Positions 32,601 through 41,307 of a stretch of 64,000 nucleotides of DNA are shown one piece after another. This DNA comes from Alphaproteobacteria bacterium (GTDB lineage: Bacteria; Pseudomonadota; Alphaproteobacteria; UBA828), in NCBI GenBank assembly GCA_965214705.1, contig OZ243972.1, positions 2,176,001-2,240,000 on the forward strand, in the 5' to 3' direction. Numbering within the stretch: the first letter of the stretch is position 1; every line of letters starts with the position of its first letter. The translations under genes and the position numbers were made by a program. The notes beneath the pieces were generated by a model. The model did not search any database, was not told where the DNA came from, and saw nothing but the letters and a program-made list of their open reading frames with translations.

Positions 32601-33692
32601 CTATTGCTCTCCGTCCGCCGCCGGCGTCACGTCGTAGTCGTCGCCGAGCGAGAGCGCGTCCAGGATCGCCTTGATCCGTGCCCAGGTGGGGCCGTCGATG
32701 GGGTAGGGGCCGCCGGGCCCTCCGCCGGCGCGCGCACCGGGGAGGCGCACGCCCGCGCTGCCCTCGGCCGGCGGCAGCGCCTCCAGCCCGGCGACGAACG
32801 CCTCCATCATCCGCACGAACTCCGCGCCCCTGCCGAGCGCTTGCGGGTCGGCGACGAGCACGAAGAGGCCGTTGCCCTGGTCCTCGTTCTCGTTGCCCCG
32901 GCTCATGCCGGCGCCGGCGAGGGCGCCCGCGAAGGCCTCGACGATCAGGCTGAGCAGGAAGCCCTTGTGGCCGTCGGCCAAACCGCCCAGCGGCAGCAGC
33001 GAGGCCGCGCGGGGCGAGTCGAAGAAGCCGGCGGGCTCGGTGGTCGGCCGGCCCGCGCGGTCGATCAGCCAGCCCTCCGGCACGGCCTCGCCCTGGTTGG
33101 CGGCCATCCTGATCTTGCCGAGCGCCGTGATCGAGGTGGAAATGTCGATCACCAGCGGCGGCTTGCCCGCCGCGCGCGGGATGCCGCAGGCGAGCGGATT
33201 GGTGCTGAGGAAGGGCGCCGCGCTGCCGAAGGGCGCGACGCAGGCGCCGCCGCCAGCATCGTTCACCAGCAGCAGGGTCATCAGGCCCGCGCGCGCCGGC
33301 CCGCCGACGTAAGCGCCGAGGCGGGCCACGTCGTTGCCGTTGCGCACCGCCGCGCAGCCGATGCCTTGCGCTCGCGCCCTGGCCACGGCCTGCTCCACGG
33401 CGAAGACGCAGGAGACCGGGCCCAGGCAGCGCCGCGCATCGATCATCGCCGCCGCGTCGGTCTCGTGCACCACCACGGGCGCCACCGCCGGCGCGATCAT
33501 TCCGGCGTGGGTGTCCTCGGCGAAGGTGGGGATGCGCATCACCCCGTGGGAGTGGTAGCCCGCACGGCTCGCCTCCAGCAGGGTCTCAGTCAGCACCGCG
33601 CGCTCCTCCGCCGTGAAGCCGAGCGCCCCGAAGATGTCCTCGATCAGGACGCAGACGGTCGCTTCCGGCGCGCTGACCCCCGCTTGGGCCAT
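32601..33692 (-). CDS. Ldh_2 family oxidoreductase
   Basis: GYHSHGV, STNPLA, GHKGF, VRLPG. Confidence 0.88.
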   Translation of the reverse strand: MAQAGVSAPEATVCVLIEDIFGALGFTAEERAVLTETLLEASRAGYHSHGVMRIPTFAEDTHAGMIAPAVAPVVVHETDAAAMIDARRCLGPVSCVFAVEQAVARARAQGIGCAAVRNGNDVARLGAYVGGPARAGLMTLLLVNDAGGGACVAPFGSAAPFLSTNPLACGIPRAAGKPPLVIDISTSITALGKIRMAANQGEAVPEGWLIDRAGRPTTEPAGFFDSPRAASLLPLGGLADGHKGFLLSLIVEAFAGALAGAGMSRGNENEDQGNGLFVLVADPQALGRGAEFVRMMEAFVAGLEALPPAEGSAGVRLPGARAGGGPGGPYPIDGPTWARIKAILDALSLGDDYDVTPAADGEQ

Positions 33693-33696
33693 GGCG

Positions 33697-34713
33697 TCAG
33701 CGCTCCGCCACCTTGACCACGAGCTTGCCGAAGTTGCGCCCCTCGAACAGCATCCCGAGCCCTTCCGGCGCGTTCTCCAGCCCCTCGATCACGTGCTCCC
33801 TGTAGGTCATGGCGCCGTCGTCGAGCCACCCGGTAAGCCGAGCGAAGGCCTCCGGGTAGCGGGCCAGCCAGTCGAACACCAGGAAACCCTCGACCCGCGC
33901 CCGGTTGACGAGAATGTGGCGCAGGTGGCTCGGCCCCAGGTAAGCCTCGGTCAGGTTGTAGTGGTGGATGCAGCCGCAGACGACGACGCGCGCCTTGAAG
34001 GCGAGGCGTTGCATCACCGCGTCGGTCATCGGGCCGCCCACATTGTCGAAGTAGACATCGATGCCGCCGGGGCAGGCCTCGTCCAGCGCCGCGCCGAGGT
34101 CGTTCGCCGTGCGGTAGTTGATCGCGGCGTCGAAGCCCAGCTCGTCCGTGATGTAGGCCGCCTTCTCGTCGCTGCCCACCGTGCCGACCACCCGGCAGCC
34201 GCCGATCTTGGCGATCTGCCCCACCGCGGCGCCCACCGCGCCCGAGGCCGCCGAGACCACCACCGTGTCGCCGGGGTGCGGCTGTCCCACCTCCAGCAGG
34301 CCGAAGTAGGCGGTGGCGCCCGGCATGCCAAGGATCCCGAGGGCGTAGGAGGGCGGATGGCCGGACTCCGGCAGCACCCGCGCCGTGCCGCGCGTGCAAA
34401 GCGCGTATTCTTGCCAGCCGAACATACCCTCGACCAGGTCGCCTTCCTTGAGACCGGAGGACTCCGAGCGCACGACCTCGCCCACCGCACCGCCCGTCAT
34501 CACGTCGCCGATGCCGACCGGCGCCGCGTAGGATTTCGCGTCGCTCATGCGCCCACGCATGTAGGGATCGAGCGAGAGCGAGAGCACGCGCACCAGCGCC
34601 TGGCCCTGGCGGGGCTCCGGCGCCGGCTCTTCGGCCAGCGAGAAGTCGCTTGCCTTGGGCATGCCCACCGGCCGCGCCGCGAGCCTGACCTGACGATTGA
34701 TGACGGCGTTCAT
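33697..34713 (-). CDS. NADP-dependent oxidoreductase (CurA/YncB-like MDR)
   Basis: LSLDPYMRG, GMPGATAYFG, AASGAVG, YFDNVGG, GRNFGK. Confidence 0.92.
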   Translation of the reverse strand: MNAVINRQVRLAARPVGMPKASDFSLAEEPAPEPRQGQALVRVLSLSLDPYMRGRMSDAKSYAAPVGIGDVMTGGAVGEVVRSESSGLKEGDLVEGMFGWQEYALCTRGTARVLPESGHPPSYALGILGMPGATAYFGLLEVGQPHPGDTVVVSAASGAVGAAVGQIAKIGGCRVVGTVGSDEKAAYITDELGFDAAINYRTANDLGAALDEACPGGIDVYFDNVGGPMTDAVMQRLAFKARVVVCGCIHHYNLTEAYLGPSHLRHILVNRARVEGFLVFDWLARYPEAFARLTGWLDDGAMTYREHVIEGLENAPEGLGMLFEGRNFGKLVVKVAER

Positions 34714-34742
34714 ATCAGTTCCTTTGCTTGCTTCGGGTTCAA

Positions 34743-34854
34743 CCCCTCCTCACCCCGGCCCTCTCCTCCCCGAGGGGAGGAGAGGGAGAACAGGTTGTCG
34801 CCGTTTACGTCCCCCCTCCGCCCTCTGGGGGGAGGGGGTCAGGGGGAGGTGGGG
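34743..34854. repeat. REP-like palindromic intergenic element (branched double hairpin)
   Basis: CCCTCTCCTCCC-cgag-GGGAGGAGAGGG hairpin, second hairpin CCCCCTCC...GGAGGGGG, and complementary outer arms. Confidence 0.7.
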
Positions 34855-34908
34855 TGTTTCTTCGCGATCTTCCTGACGAGTGGCGACAGGGGCTGTGTGC
34901 TGTTCCGC

Positions 34909-35700
34909 CTACGGATGGACGTCGTATCCGCCGACCGCCAGGTAGCCGCCGTCGATCACGAGCTCCGTGCCGGTGATGAAGCTCGACTCCTCCGAGGCGA
35001 GGAAGATCGCGCCGTTGGCGATGTCCTCCGGCTTGCCCACGCGCCCGATGGGGTGCTGCTTGGCGAGCGCCTCGATCCCCGCCTCCAGGCTGCCGTAGTC
35101 GCGGTAGCAGGTGGCTTCCATCATCTCGGTATGGATGTAGCCGGGGTGGATCGAGTTCACCCGGATGCGGCGTTCGTCCTTGGCGCCGTCCAGCGCCGCC
35201 GCCTTGGTGAAAAGTCGGACCGCCCCCTTGCTCGCGCTGTAGGCCGACAGAGCCGGAATGCTCGTGAAGCCCAGGATCGAGGAGAGGTTGATGATCGAAC
35301 CGCCCGCCCGCATCGCGGCCATGCCGTGCTTGGTGCCGAGGAACACGCCGTCGACGTTGACCGACATGGTCTTGTGCCAGCTTTCCAGCGTGACCGCGTC
35401 GAGCGGCTCGACGATGCCGACGCCCGCGTTGTTGACGAGAATGTCGAGGCCGCCGAAGCGATCGATCACGGCCGGGATCGCCGCCTCCCAATCGGCCTCC
35501 TTGGTCGTGTCGAGGGTGATGAACATGGTCTCGGCGCCGCCGGCCTCAAGCTCCGCCGCGAGCGCCTTGCCGCCTTCCTCATCGATATCGCTAAGCGCGA
35601 CCGGCGCGCCCTCCGCCGCCATCCCGCGCGCCATTGCTGCGCCGAGGCCCCTCCCGGCACCGGTGATGAGCGCGACGCGGCCTTCCAGTCGTCCTGCCAT
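34909..35700 (-). CDS. SDR (3-beta-HSD/cyclopentanol dehydrogenase-like), tandem copy 1
   Basis: TGAGRGLG, NNAG, YSASKG, NSIHPG, VIDGGY. Confidence 0.92.
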   Translation of the reverse strand: MAGRLEGRVALITGAGRGLGAAMARGMAAEGAPVALSDIDEEGGKALAAELEAGGAETMFITLDTTKEADWEAAIPAVIDRFGGLDILVNNAGVGIVEPLDAVTLESWHKTMSVNVDGVFLGTKHGMAAMRAGGSIINLSSILGFTSIPALSAYSASKGAVRLFTKAAALDGAKDERRIRVNSIHPGYIHTEMMEATCYRDYGSLEAGIEALAKQHPIGRVGKPEDIANGAIFLASEESSFITGTELVIDGGYLAVGGYDVHP

Positions 35701-35746
35701 TCTCTGCTTCTCCTCTCGTCAGTCGCCGGCGCCGTCGTGCACGCGC

Positions 35747-36538
35747 CTACGGATGGACGTCGTAGCCGCCCACCGCCAGGTAGCCGCCGTCGATCACCAG
35801 CTCAGTGCCGGTGATGAAGCTCGATTCCTCGGACGCGAGGAAGATCGCGCCGTTGGCGATGTCCTGCGGCTTGCCCACGCGGCCGATGGGGTGCCGCTTG
35901 GCGATCGCCTCGATGCCCGCTTCAAGGCTGCCGTATTCGCTGTAGCAGGTAGCCTCCATCATCTCGGTATGGATGTAGCCGGGGTGGATCGAGTTCACCC
36001 GGATGCGGCGCTCATCCTTGGCGCCGTCCAGCGCCGCCCCTTTGGTGAAGAGCCTGACCGCCCCCTTGCTCGCGCAATACGCGGTGAGCTCCGGCGTGGC
36101 CGTAAAGCCCATGATCGAGGAGATGTTGATGATCGAGCCGCCCGCGCGCATCGCGGCCATGCCGTGCTTGGTGCCGAGGAAGACGCCGTCGAGGTTGACC
36201 GACATGGTCTTCTGCCAGCTTTCCACCGTGATCGCGTCGACCGGCTCGACGACGACGACGCCCGCGTTGTTGACCAGGATATCCAGGCCGCCGAAGCGAT
36301 CGATCAAGGCCGGGATCGCGGCCTTCCAATCGGCCTCCCTGGTCGTGTCGAGGGTGATGAACATGGTCTCGGCGCCACCGGCCTCGAGCTCTGCCGCGAG
36401 CGCCTCGCCCCTTTCCTTGTCGATGTCGCTAAGCACGACCGGCGCGCCCTCCGCCGCCATCCCGCGCGCCATGGCAGCGCCGAGGCCTCTCGCGGCGCCG
36501 GTGATGAGTGCGACCCGGCCCTCCAGCCGTCCGGCCAT
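35747..36538 (-). CDS. SDR (3-beta-HSD/cyclopentanol dehydrogenase-like), tandem copy 2
   Basis: Same length and near-identical sequence to copy 1; YCASKG. Confidence 0.92.
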   Translation of the reverse strand: MAGRLEGRVALITGAARGLGAAMARGMAAEGAPVVLSDIDKERGEALAAELEAGGAETMFITLDTTREADWKAAIPALIDRFGGLDILVNNAGVVVVEPVDAITVESWQKTMSVNLDGVFLGTKHGMAAMRAGGSIINISSIMGFTATPELTAYCASKGAVRLFTKGAALDGAKDERRIRVNSIHPGYIHTEMMEATCYSEYGSLEAGIEAIAKRHPIGRVGKPQDIANGAIFLASEESSFITGTELVIDGGYLAVGGYDVHP

Positions 36539-36556
36539 GGCCCGCCGCTCCCCTCG

Positions 36557-37321
36557 TCAATCGCCGACGGTCGCCGCACCATCCATCATGGCGTGGACCA
36601 TGGCGGGCTTCGGCACGGTCGGGCTGGGGTAGGCCTTGCGGCTGTGGCTGAGCCCCAGGCCCAGCACGCATTCGGCGAGCTTATAGGTGAGCGGGCCGGG
36701 GTTGATGACCGGCACCGGCAGGTTCTCGGCCATGTGGCCGTGCGCCTGGTGCATGGTGGTGGAGCCGAGCAGGATCGCCTCAGCGCCGTCGTCCTCGATG
36801 CAGCGCGTGGCACACTCCACCAGCTTGGGGAAGACCACCTCCTCCTTGCCGCCCAGCAGGTTCTCGACGTCCGGCATCACGTTGATGGAGCGGACCGAGG
36901 CGAGGCGGTCGGCGACGCCGTATTCCACGCTGCTCTTCTTGTAGAGGGGGATCCAGCCGTCCCACTGGGTCACCACCGAGAAGCGGTTGCAGAGCATCAG
37001 CGCCATCATGTACGACGCCCGCCCCGGCCCGATCACCGGAATGTCCAGCACCGAGCGCATGGCGTTCATGCCGGAATCGCTCATGGTGTCGATGCAGACG
37101 GCGTCGTAGCCGTCCTCCTGGGCTGTGAGGCCCGCTTCGAACAGCGAGATGTCGGCCATGCTGTAGTCGTGGTAGCAGTCGAGCAGCGCCGGCCCCGCCT
37201 TGACGCCCCGGAAGTCGAATTCGATGTCCGGGCCGAACGCGACCGAATCCAGCTGCGAGCGCCGGTTCGCGAGCCCCTTCTCGTCGAAGGCGAAGGGAAC
37301 GATTACGAGTATCTTGGCCAT
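36557..37321 (-). CDS. Asp/Glu/hydantoin racemase family protein
   Basis: DAVCIDTMSDSG, IPVIGPG, ILLGSTTM, VPVINP. Confidence 0.88.
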   Translation of the reverse strand: MAKILVIVPFAFDEKGLANRRSQLDSVAFGPDIEFDFRGVKAGPALLDCYHDYSMADISLFEAGLTAQEDGYDAVCIDTMSDSGMNAMRSVLDIPVIGPGRASYMMALMLCNRFSVVTQWDGWIPLYKKSSVEYGVADRLASVRSINVMPDVENLLGGKEEVVFPKLVECATRCIEDDGAEAILLGSTTMHQAHGHMAENLPVPVINPGPLTYKLAECVLGLGLSHSRKAYPSPTVPKPAMVHAMMDGAATVGD

Positions 37322-37952
37322 GACCCTCTCCCCATCCGTGCCGTGTGTGCGCGGGATCATGGCGCAGATGCCGCGCGGGCGGAAGGGCGCGCGGCGGTGG
37401 GGAGAGCGCGGGAGCGGCGCCTCGGCCTGACCCGTGGGACGCACATCAAAATTTTGAGGCGGGACAAGCCGGGATTAGGCGGGATGTCTCCCGCGCCTTA
37501 GTCGCGCACGCCCGCTCATCCCACTGCCGAAGCTTGTTGGCTCGGGAGCGTCATGGCGCGACTCTGGCGCGAGCGCCAACTCTGTGCACCGCACCATCGT
37601 CCGGAGGGTCGGGAGGGACGGGACCATTAATCCGCTCGCACTCCATTATGTCGCCCGTCGCGATCTCATCCCACCCGCACTCGCATTTGCAATCAGTTCA
37701 GCCTTCACTGGCAGATTTACCAGTATGGTTTCCTGGGATGCTCTCAAGATTCGATAATCCATGTGTTAGAAGCGCACAACGTTTACATATTGACTTTTCC
37801 ATAAATTCGGTTAATTTATCGGTCAGGTTCGCATAAGAAGTTTAGGAATTCGACATGTGCGGTGACGACGCTAAAGATCGCTCGGGAATAGTTTATGTGC
37901 TACAAAATCCGACTTTTCAGGAAACAATAGTGAAAATCGGGAAAACAACAAA

Positions 37953-39163
37953 AAGGCTTATCCCCTTGACCCCGGTTTGACGACATCTTGTGTTTGGGTT
38001 GGCAGGGACGAGTTGTTCGTGTAATGTTCTCGCCATGCCGAGCCGCTGGAAGCACGACCGCCCGATGTCCCGCGCTGCCTTCGAGGCGCGCTTCCCCGAT
38101 GAAGAGGCCTGCGCCAGACACCTCGCGGCAAAGCGTTGGCCCGACGGCTTCGTTTGCCCCGCTTGCGGCCATGACAAGGGTTGGGAGTTGAAGCGTCGCA
38201 GGGCGAGTTGGGAATGTGCGGGCTGCGGCAAGGAGACGTCGGTGACCGCGGGCACGATCATGCATCGCAGCCACCTGCCGCTGAAGACCTGGTTCACCGC
38301 CATCCATATGGTGACCAGCCATTCGAACGGCATCTCCGCCCTGCAACTCCAGGCCCAGCTCGGGCTCGGCAGCTACAAGAGTGCGTGGCTGCTGCTGCAC
38401 AAGCTGCGTCGCGCCATGGTCGATCCCGACCGCAGCCTGCTTGAGGATCTGGTTGAGATCGACGAAGCCTCGTTGCCGCAGCGCACCGCGCAAGACCCGC
38501 CCACCGGCGGGCAAGGCCGCAGCGCGCAAGGCAAGATGCTCATCGCCGGAGCGGTCGAGCTGTCTCCCGAGGGTGAGCCGCGCCGCATCCGCCTCGCGCC
38601 GATCGTGGATTACTCCGCGCTCAGCCTGCACGCCTTCGTTGCCGCCACCTCGGCGCCGGGCGCGCTGGTGATCACCGACGGTTGGAGCGGCTATCCCGGC
38701 CTGTCCGGGCACGACCATGAGGCCAGGATCGTCGGCGACACGCCCGCCCATCTCGTGCTGAAGTGGACCCATCGCGTCTTCTCGAACCTGAAACGCTGGG
38801 CGCTCGGCACCTTTCACGGCCTGCGCCGCGCCCATTTGCGCCGTTACCTCGACGAGTTCGTCTTCCGTAGGAACCGACGCCGCCACACCGACGCCGCCTT
38901 CGACACCCTGCTCGGCATCGGCGCCGGCCTTCAACCCGCCAGCTACCGCGACTTCGTCGAACAACGCGCCTGATCCCACCGGCCGGTCAACACCGTGCCG
39001 CAGCCAGCCATTCCGGCTGTCTCGGAGTCATTATACCGAACTCCGGCACCGCGTGACGGGGCCGGGCAGCGCTCTCGCCAGTCCAAGATATCACGCGTGC
39101 GACGCGCGCCGATGCCGGCGACGATCAACATCTTGCGTCACCGGAACCAAGGGGAGAAGCCTT
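37953..39163 (+). mobile_element. IS1595-family insertion sequence (1211 bp)
   Basis: TIRs AAGGCTTATCCCCTTG / CAAGGGGAGAAGCCTT (1 mismatch in 16); 8-bp TSD ACAACAAA at 37945-37952 and 39164-39171. Confidence 0.95.
38035..38973 (+). CDS. IS1595 family transposase
   Basis: Zn ribbon CPAC...CAGC, SVTAGTI, VEIDE, ITDGW, YLDEF. Confidence 0.95.
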   Translation: MPSRWKHDRPMSRAAFEARFPDEEACARHLAAKRWPDGFVCPACGHDKGWELKRRRASWECAGCGKETSVTAGTIMHRSHLPLKTWFTAIHMVTSHSNGISALQLQAQLGLGSYKSAWLLLHKLRRAMVDPDRSLLEDLVEIDEASLPQRTAQDPPTGGQGRSAQGKMLIAGAVELSPEGEPRRIRLAPIVDYSALSLHAFVAATSAPGALVITDGWSGYPGLSGHDHEARIVGDTPAHLVLKWTHRVFSNLKRWALGTFHGLRRAHLRRYLDEFVFRRNRRRHTDAAFDTLLGIGAGLQPASYRDFVEQRA

Positions 39164-39736
39164 ACAACAAATTTGAAAGAGCGGATGAATCAGTTATATC
39201 GAACCAGCGGCGTTCCTGCTCGGTTTACGTGCTACTACGCTCGTAAGGTTCAAAACGCATCATTCGTCGAAAAGCAGCTGCATGCTGGATTGGGCTCGAA
39301 GCGCATCAATCCTGATCGAGAATTTTTTGACATTGACCCTCAGGAGGCAAAGTCGCTTATCGAAATCGCCGAAGGAGAGGACGTAACACCCGAAAATGAG
39401 TTGGAAGATGCAACAAATATCGAAAAGGGATTGGCAAGGCGGAATATGTTTAGATTGAAGGATTTCGACATAGTGCCGGGATGTAGTTTGACATTCTCAA
39501 ATGATCATTCAATAACTGCTGAGGTAAGCCAAGACGAGAAGACAATAGTCTTAGGAGATGGTGCGCCAGAAGAAATGAGAGGAAATACTTATTCACTAAG
39601 CGGCGCAGCGACTCAACTTCTTGGATATAAGGTTGCCGGCCCCGATCATTGGATTTACCAAGGAAGAACACTTAATCAAATTAGAAGAGAAGTAGAAGAA
39701 AGTTGAGAATACATACAATCTACACGAGGTTAGTTT

Positions 39737-39960
39737 TCACCCAACACCTTTGTCGCGGTAGCCGGCACTCCGTAGCGCTGCCAAGGACAAAGCGTGCGCG
39801 GCGTTGTAGGCCAGATCGAACCGGGATTCGAGGCTGGGGCTTTGGTTCTTCGCATCCGCGAGCCGAGCCGCTCCAGAGCGAAGCAGTCCCGATACCTCGT
39901 CGGTCGTCGGTGCCTCCGCCCTCAGCAGGCCACGCGCCGCTAGATTGTCCGGGTACTCAT
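39737..39960 (-). pseudogene. Truncated HEPN-like toxin partner of the MNT gene
   Basis: ATG overlapping the MNT stop is out of frame by one base; ARLADA..SLESRFDLAYNAAH..AALR..GYR, then abrupt end after about 70 codons. Confidence 0.65.
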
Positions 39961-40598
39961 TCGCTATCAAGGCTACCCACCAGAACGATATGCGGTCCCT
40001 GCAGGATCGCAGGTAGAAACCCGGCCCCGGCCGTACGCCGGGTCTGGTACTCGGCCGACGTGTAGAGCGTCGGGTTAACACGGCGTCCGAGCCGGTCCTC
40101 CGCCGGCGCCATGGCGGCGTAGATCGCCTCTAGCGTCAGATCGTCGGAGACGAGCAGGAGATCGATGTCGCTCGCTGCCGTATCGGCCCGTCGGGCAACT
40201 GATCCGAAGAGCAGTGCCAGAATCAGCTTGTCCGCCAGCGGTTCGAGCGCGTCGCCAATGGACCTTTCGAGGCCAACAGTTTTGCGCACAATGCTGAAAA
40301 TCTCGTCGAACAGAGGTGATTCGCGGTTCGCCCGGTAGTGCTTGCGGTTGCCGACGCGCGAGACGACCGCGAGGCCGCTCCCGGCCAGCCTAGCCAGCTC
40401 GCGCTGCACCGCTCCGCGCCCAGAGCCCGCCAGCGCGATGATCTCGGTCACGAAGAACTCCCGGTCCGGCTGCCCGAAGAGCAGGGCGAGCACGCGCTGC
40501 TGGGTCGAGGTGAACAGCGCGTCGGCGAGGCCCGAGACGCCGGGACCACCCATGTGGCCCTGCACATTCTCACCACTTGTCGATGGTTCAATACCCAT
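39957..40598 (-). CDS. HTH + minimal nucleotidyltransferase (MNT) antitoxin
   Basis: ADALF..QQRVL HTH, LFGSVAR..DT..SDIDLL nucleotidyltransferase motif; start uncertain (40619, 40598 or 40553). Confidence 0.88.
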   Translation of the reverse strand: MGIEPSTSGENVQGHMGGPGVSGLADALFTSTQQRVLALLFGQPDREFFVTEIIALAGSGRGAVQRELARLAGSGLAVVSRVGNRKHYRANRESPLFDEIFSIVRKTVGLERSIGDALEPLADKLILALLFGSVARRADTAASDIDLLLVSDDLTLEAIYAAMAPAEDRLGRRVNPTLYTSAEYQTRRTAGAGFLPAILQGPHIVLVGSLDSE

Positions 40599-40633
40599 AC
40601 TGGGTATTATGGTACCCATTTAGAGTATTGCAA
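40590..40633 (-). promoter_or_regulatory. Sigma70-like promoter overlapped by TACCCA-N3-TGGGTA operator boxes
   Basis: Minus strand TTGCAA-N16-CATAAT; perfect IR AATACCCA/TGGGTATT at 40590-40608 and an imperfect second box at 40613-40627. Confidence 0.6.
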
Positions 40634-40731
40634 GCTCGGCGTTGCGGTCGTTATTCGTCCGCACCTAACCTTGAGCGCGAGGAAATCGCTATTGCCAAAG
40701 GAGGCTGACCAGCTGACCGTAAGGCTGCGGC

Positions 40732-41307
40732 TTACTCTGACAACAGTTGCGTTAGCGTATTGATCGAGTCTTGCAGCGCTCCGCCGTGCTGTACGATCCA
40801 CGGTTGGGGCACCTCCGGATCCACTTGGATCCATGCCGTATCTGTGCCTGCGCGTCCGCCATGCTGCGGCCTGAACCCCTCAAGATTATCCCAACCTTCG
40901 AGCAAGAATTCCTTCGTGAATACCCATGAGTGTGCATCAAACGGACTTACGCCTAAGCATATCAGTAGATCGTATCTTTGATCCCTAATTTGCTGAAATT
41001 TGTAGTGTCCTCCCGCCCATAGCGTCGAAAACTTAATCTCAACACGTTTGTTATTCACAACGCGATCAGCCTCGTTGTCACCGGCAGGGCGAACTGAGAA
41101 GTCCCGCGCCGCCAGCCATCCGGCAACTAGTCGCTCTCCAATTGCACCAACCTGTCTTGAGGGGCGTGACTTGATCCATGCGAAAGGACTGCCTTCCCAA
41201 TCCAAAAGATTGTCGCCGTAGTCGGCTTCAAGTGTTGCGGCGAGGCCAGCCAGGAGCCTAACGTCGGGGTCGGCGATCTCCCGCGATCTAGCCAAAATCG
41301 CCTCCAA
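40732..41307 (-). CDS. Putative PD-(D/E)xK restriction endonuclease
   Basis: GAIGE...ADRVV...VEIK motif; overlaps the end of the methyltransferase; AT-richer. Confidence 0.65.
   Translation of the reverse strand: MEAILARSREIADPDVRLLAGLAATLEADYGDNLLDWEGSPFAWIKSRPSRQVGAIGERLVAGWLAARDFSVRPAGDNEADRVVNNKRVEIKFSTLWAGGHYKFQQIRDQRYDLLICLGVSPFDAHSWVFTKEFLLEGWDNLEGFRPQHGGRAGTDTAWIQVDPEVPQPWIVQHGGALQDSINTLTQLLSE

Larger units (their letters stand above)
37855..39706 (+). pseudogene. T5orf172/GIY-YIG-like nuclease with C-terminal RAMA/DUF4357-like domain, interrupted by IS1595
   Basis: Removing the IS and one TSD gives an in-frame 210-aa ORF: MCGDDAKDRSGIVYVLQNP...VKIGKTTNLKERMNQLYRTSGVP...REFF...SLSGAA...GPDHW. 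Confidence 0.85.

Noticed and set aside
37498-37850. AT-rich stretch upstream of the T5orf172 gene as a coding region
   Set aside because: Only short or motif-less frames; cannot support a gene call
39053-39163. N-terminus of the 217-aa ORF 39053..39706
   Set aside because: Lies within the IS right end; the real N-terminus is at 37855
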